From positions 1,178,001 to 1,242,000 of the forward strand of contig JABVCE010000009.1 of the NCBI GenBank assembly GCA_014905635.1: DNA of 64,000 bases. Direction: 5' to 3'. The notes below the pieces were generated by a model that had not been told where the DNA came from, searched no databases, and worked only from the letters and a program-made list of their open reading frames with translations. Shown here piece after piece: positions 60,542 to 64,000 of this stretch (positions are counted from its first letter, which is position 1; every line of letters begins with the position of its first letter). Made by a program: the position numbers and the translations under genes. The stretch is from Scenedesmus sp. PABB004. Its lineage: Eukaryota.

Positions 60542-61069
60542 CGACACGCACGGGGCGGAGCGGGCGGGGCGTGCCGGGGCGTGCTGGGGCGCGCGGCGGG
60601 CGGCCGGGGCGTTGGCGGCGCGGGCGCCGCGTTGGCGGCGGCGAGCGGGTTTGCGCGCCCCGGGTCTCTCGTGACTCCCCGCGCTGCCGCCGCGTTGTAA
60701 GCGCCGGCGACGGCGACGGCGGCGCGCGGGTCGTCGGCCGGCGGCGCGCGGCGTGCTCGCGCGGTCCCGGGGCGCAGGGCAGCGTTTGGGGCAGCGGTTC
60801 CTGGCCAGGGGCCGGAGCTCCCGCCGCGCGCCGCGCGAACCGACCGGGCGCGCTGCTGCTCCGGCTGCCGGCCCCGCGCGCCCAAGGCGCCCCGCCCTCC
60901 CCCCGCCGCGGCAGACGGCCCGCTCCCCGTGATCAGGCGACCCGGCACGGCAGCCGCCCCGACGCGGGCCGAGCGCTCCGCAGCAGCGAGGGCAGCAGGA
61001 GGCGCCGAGCCCAGGCGCCCGCGCCGCGCGCTCCGCGGCCGCCGCCGGCGGTGCATGCGCGTGGGGTGA

Positions 61070-62993
<1,924 letters not shown>

Positions 62994-63505
62994 GCGGCCA
63001 CCGCAGGAGCGGCGACGCGGGCGGCCGGCGCGCTGCGTGGCGCGGCTGGCGGGCGCGGCGGCGGCGGCTGGTGCGCGGCGGCTGGAGCGCGGCTGCAGCG
63101 GCAGCAGCGGGGGCTGGGGACGGCGGTGCTGGGCGACGGCGGGGTTGCTGCAGCGACGGCGGGGTTGCTGCAGCGACGGCGGGCGGGCGGGCGGGCGTGC
63201 ATCGCGCATTGGTGTAGGCAGGGGGGCACGTTGGCGGCGCGGTCGGTCGGCGGGCATGAGGCACGGGCGGGTGCGCCGCCGACCCCGCGGCGGCGAGTGG
63301 CCGCGAGCGCGGAGGCGCCGCGCGCGGCTGCGGCCGCGTCAGTAAGCGCCGGAGCAGACACTGTGGGCGTCTCGGCGTTTGCTTACAGCGGCCCGCGCGT
63401 CTCGGCGCTCGCAACCCACCGCGGGCTATGATACACGCTCGCCGCCCGTCGCGCGTCCGTCAAAAAGAGTACAGCGCGCCGCGCCGCGGGCGCCGCGCCG
63501 GTCGC

Positions 63506-64000
63506 TCACACCAGCAGCCGCACGCCGCCCACCGCGGTGAGCACCTTTTTGAGGAGCATCGCCGCGATCGCCACGCTCAGCACGACCGCCAGGAACGTCA
63601 GCCCCCGGTCGCCCGGCAGCTCGCCCGGCCGGCTGCCCACCGCGCCGCCCGCCGCGAGCTGGCGCGGCGGCGGCGCGGCCGCGGCGGGCCGCGCCGCGGG
63701 CTTCTGCTTCGCCGCCGCCGCCGCGGCGTCGCGCTCGGCGGCGTGCCGCGGCGCGGCGGTGTCGTGCTGCGGCCGGGCGTCGGGGCTGGCCGGCGCCTGC
63801 TCGCTGCGCGCCGGCGGCGGCGCCTGCAGCTCCTGCTGCTGCGCCTGCAGCGCCTGCTGCTGCACCTGCGCCTGCTGCGCCTGCTGCTCCGCCGGCGCCG
63901 GGTCGGCCGCCGGCTGCTGCGCCGCCGCCGCGGCGGCCGCCGCGGCGGCCGCCGCCGCCGCCACCGCGGCCGCCTTGGCCGCGCCCTGGTCGCTGCCGCC
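63506..64000 (-). CDS. 3' end of a tail-anchored protein resembling the Ubc6/UBE2J1/UBC32 C-terminus (partial)
   Basis: Q/A-rich linker, then DRGLTFLAVVLSVAIAAMLLKKV TM anchor; the catalytic domain would lie beyond the window. Confidence 0.5.
   Translation of the reverse strand, partial: GGSDQGAAKAAAVAAAAAAAAAAAAAAQQPAADPAPAEQQAQQAQVQQQALQAQQQELQAPPPARSEQAPASPDARPQHDTAAPRHAAERDAAAAAAKQKPAARPAAAAPPPRQLAAGGAVGSRPGELPGDRGLTFLAVVLSVAIAAMLLKKVLTAVGGVRLLV

Overview
Eukaryotic, extremely GC-rich (about 80% by eye), gene-dense and intron-rich nuclear DNA. The TGTAA poly(A) signals, OPR-like proteins, an SP-rich wall glycoprotein and short GC-rich introns point to a chlorophyte green alga (Sphaeropleales-like; inference). 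The long ORFs in the track are mostly GC artefacts. I rebuilt about 25 spliced genes by hand: FPGS/DHFS (3' part), SKP1, an AT-hook+PPC (AHL-like) protein, a CS-PP2C-RGG protein, a 60-aa membrane microprotein, two OPR-like proteins, a wall HRGP, a MerT-like+HMA protein, a SAM methyltransferase, an F-box protein, TBCC, an Rdx-family protein, GPC1/GPCAT, a degenerate glutamine synthetase, an Aurora-like kinase, DONSON, SEC14, PMP3/RCI2, a secreted Cys-rich protein, IMP3, eIF4A3, PP2A-C, a tail-anchored UBC32-like 3' end and two hypotheticals. The most striking structure is a 1.6-kb circularly permuted, inverted duplicate (27569-29194) of 24649-26251. It has microhomology at both the circularisation and integration junctions, which is the expected footprint of an excised and re-integrated DNA circle. 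Also notable: at least 18 GC-AG introns, and a land-plant-style AHL architecture in an alga. All exon boundaries and counts were made by eye.
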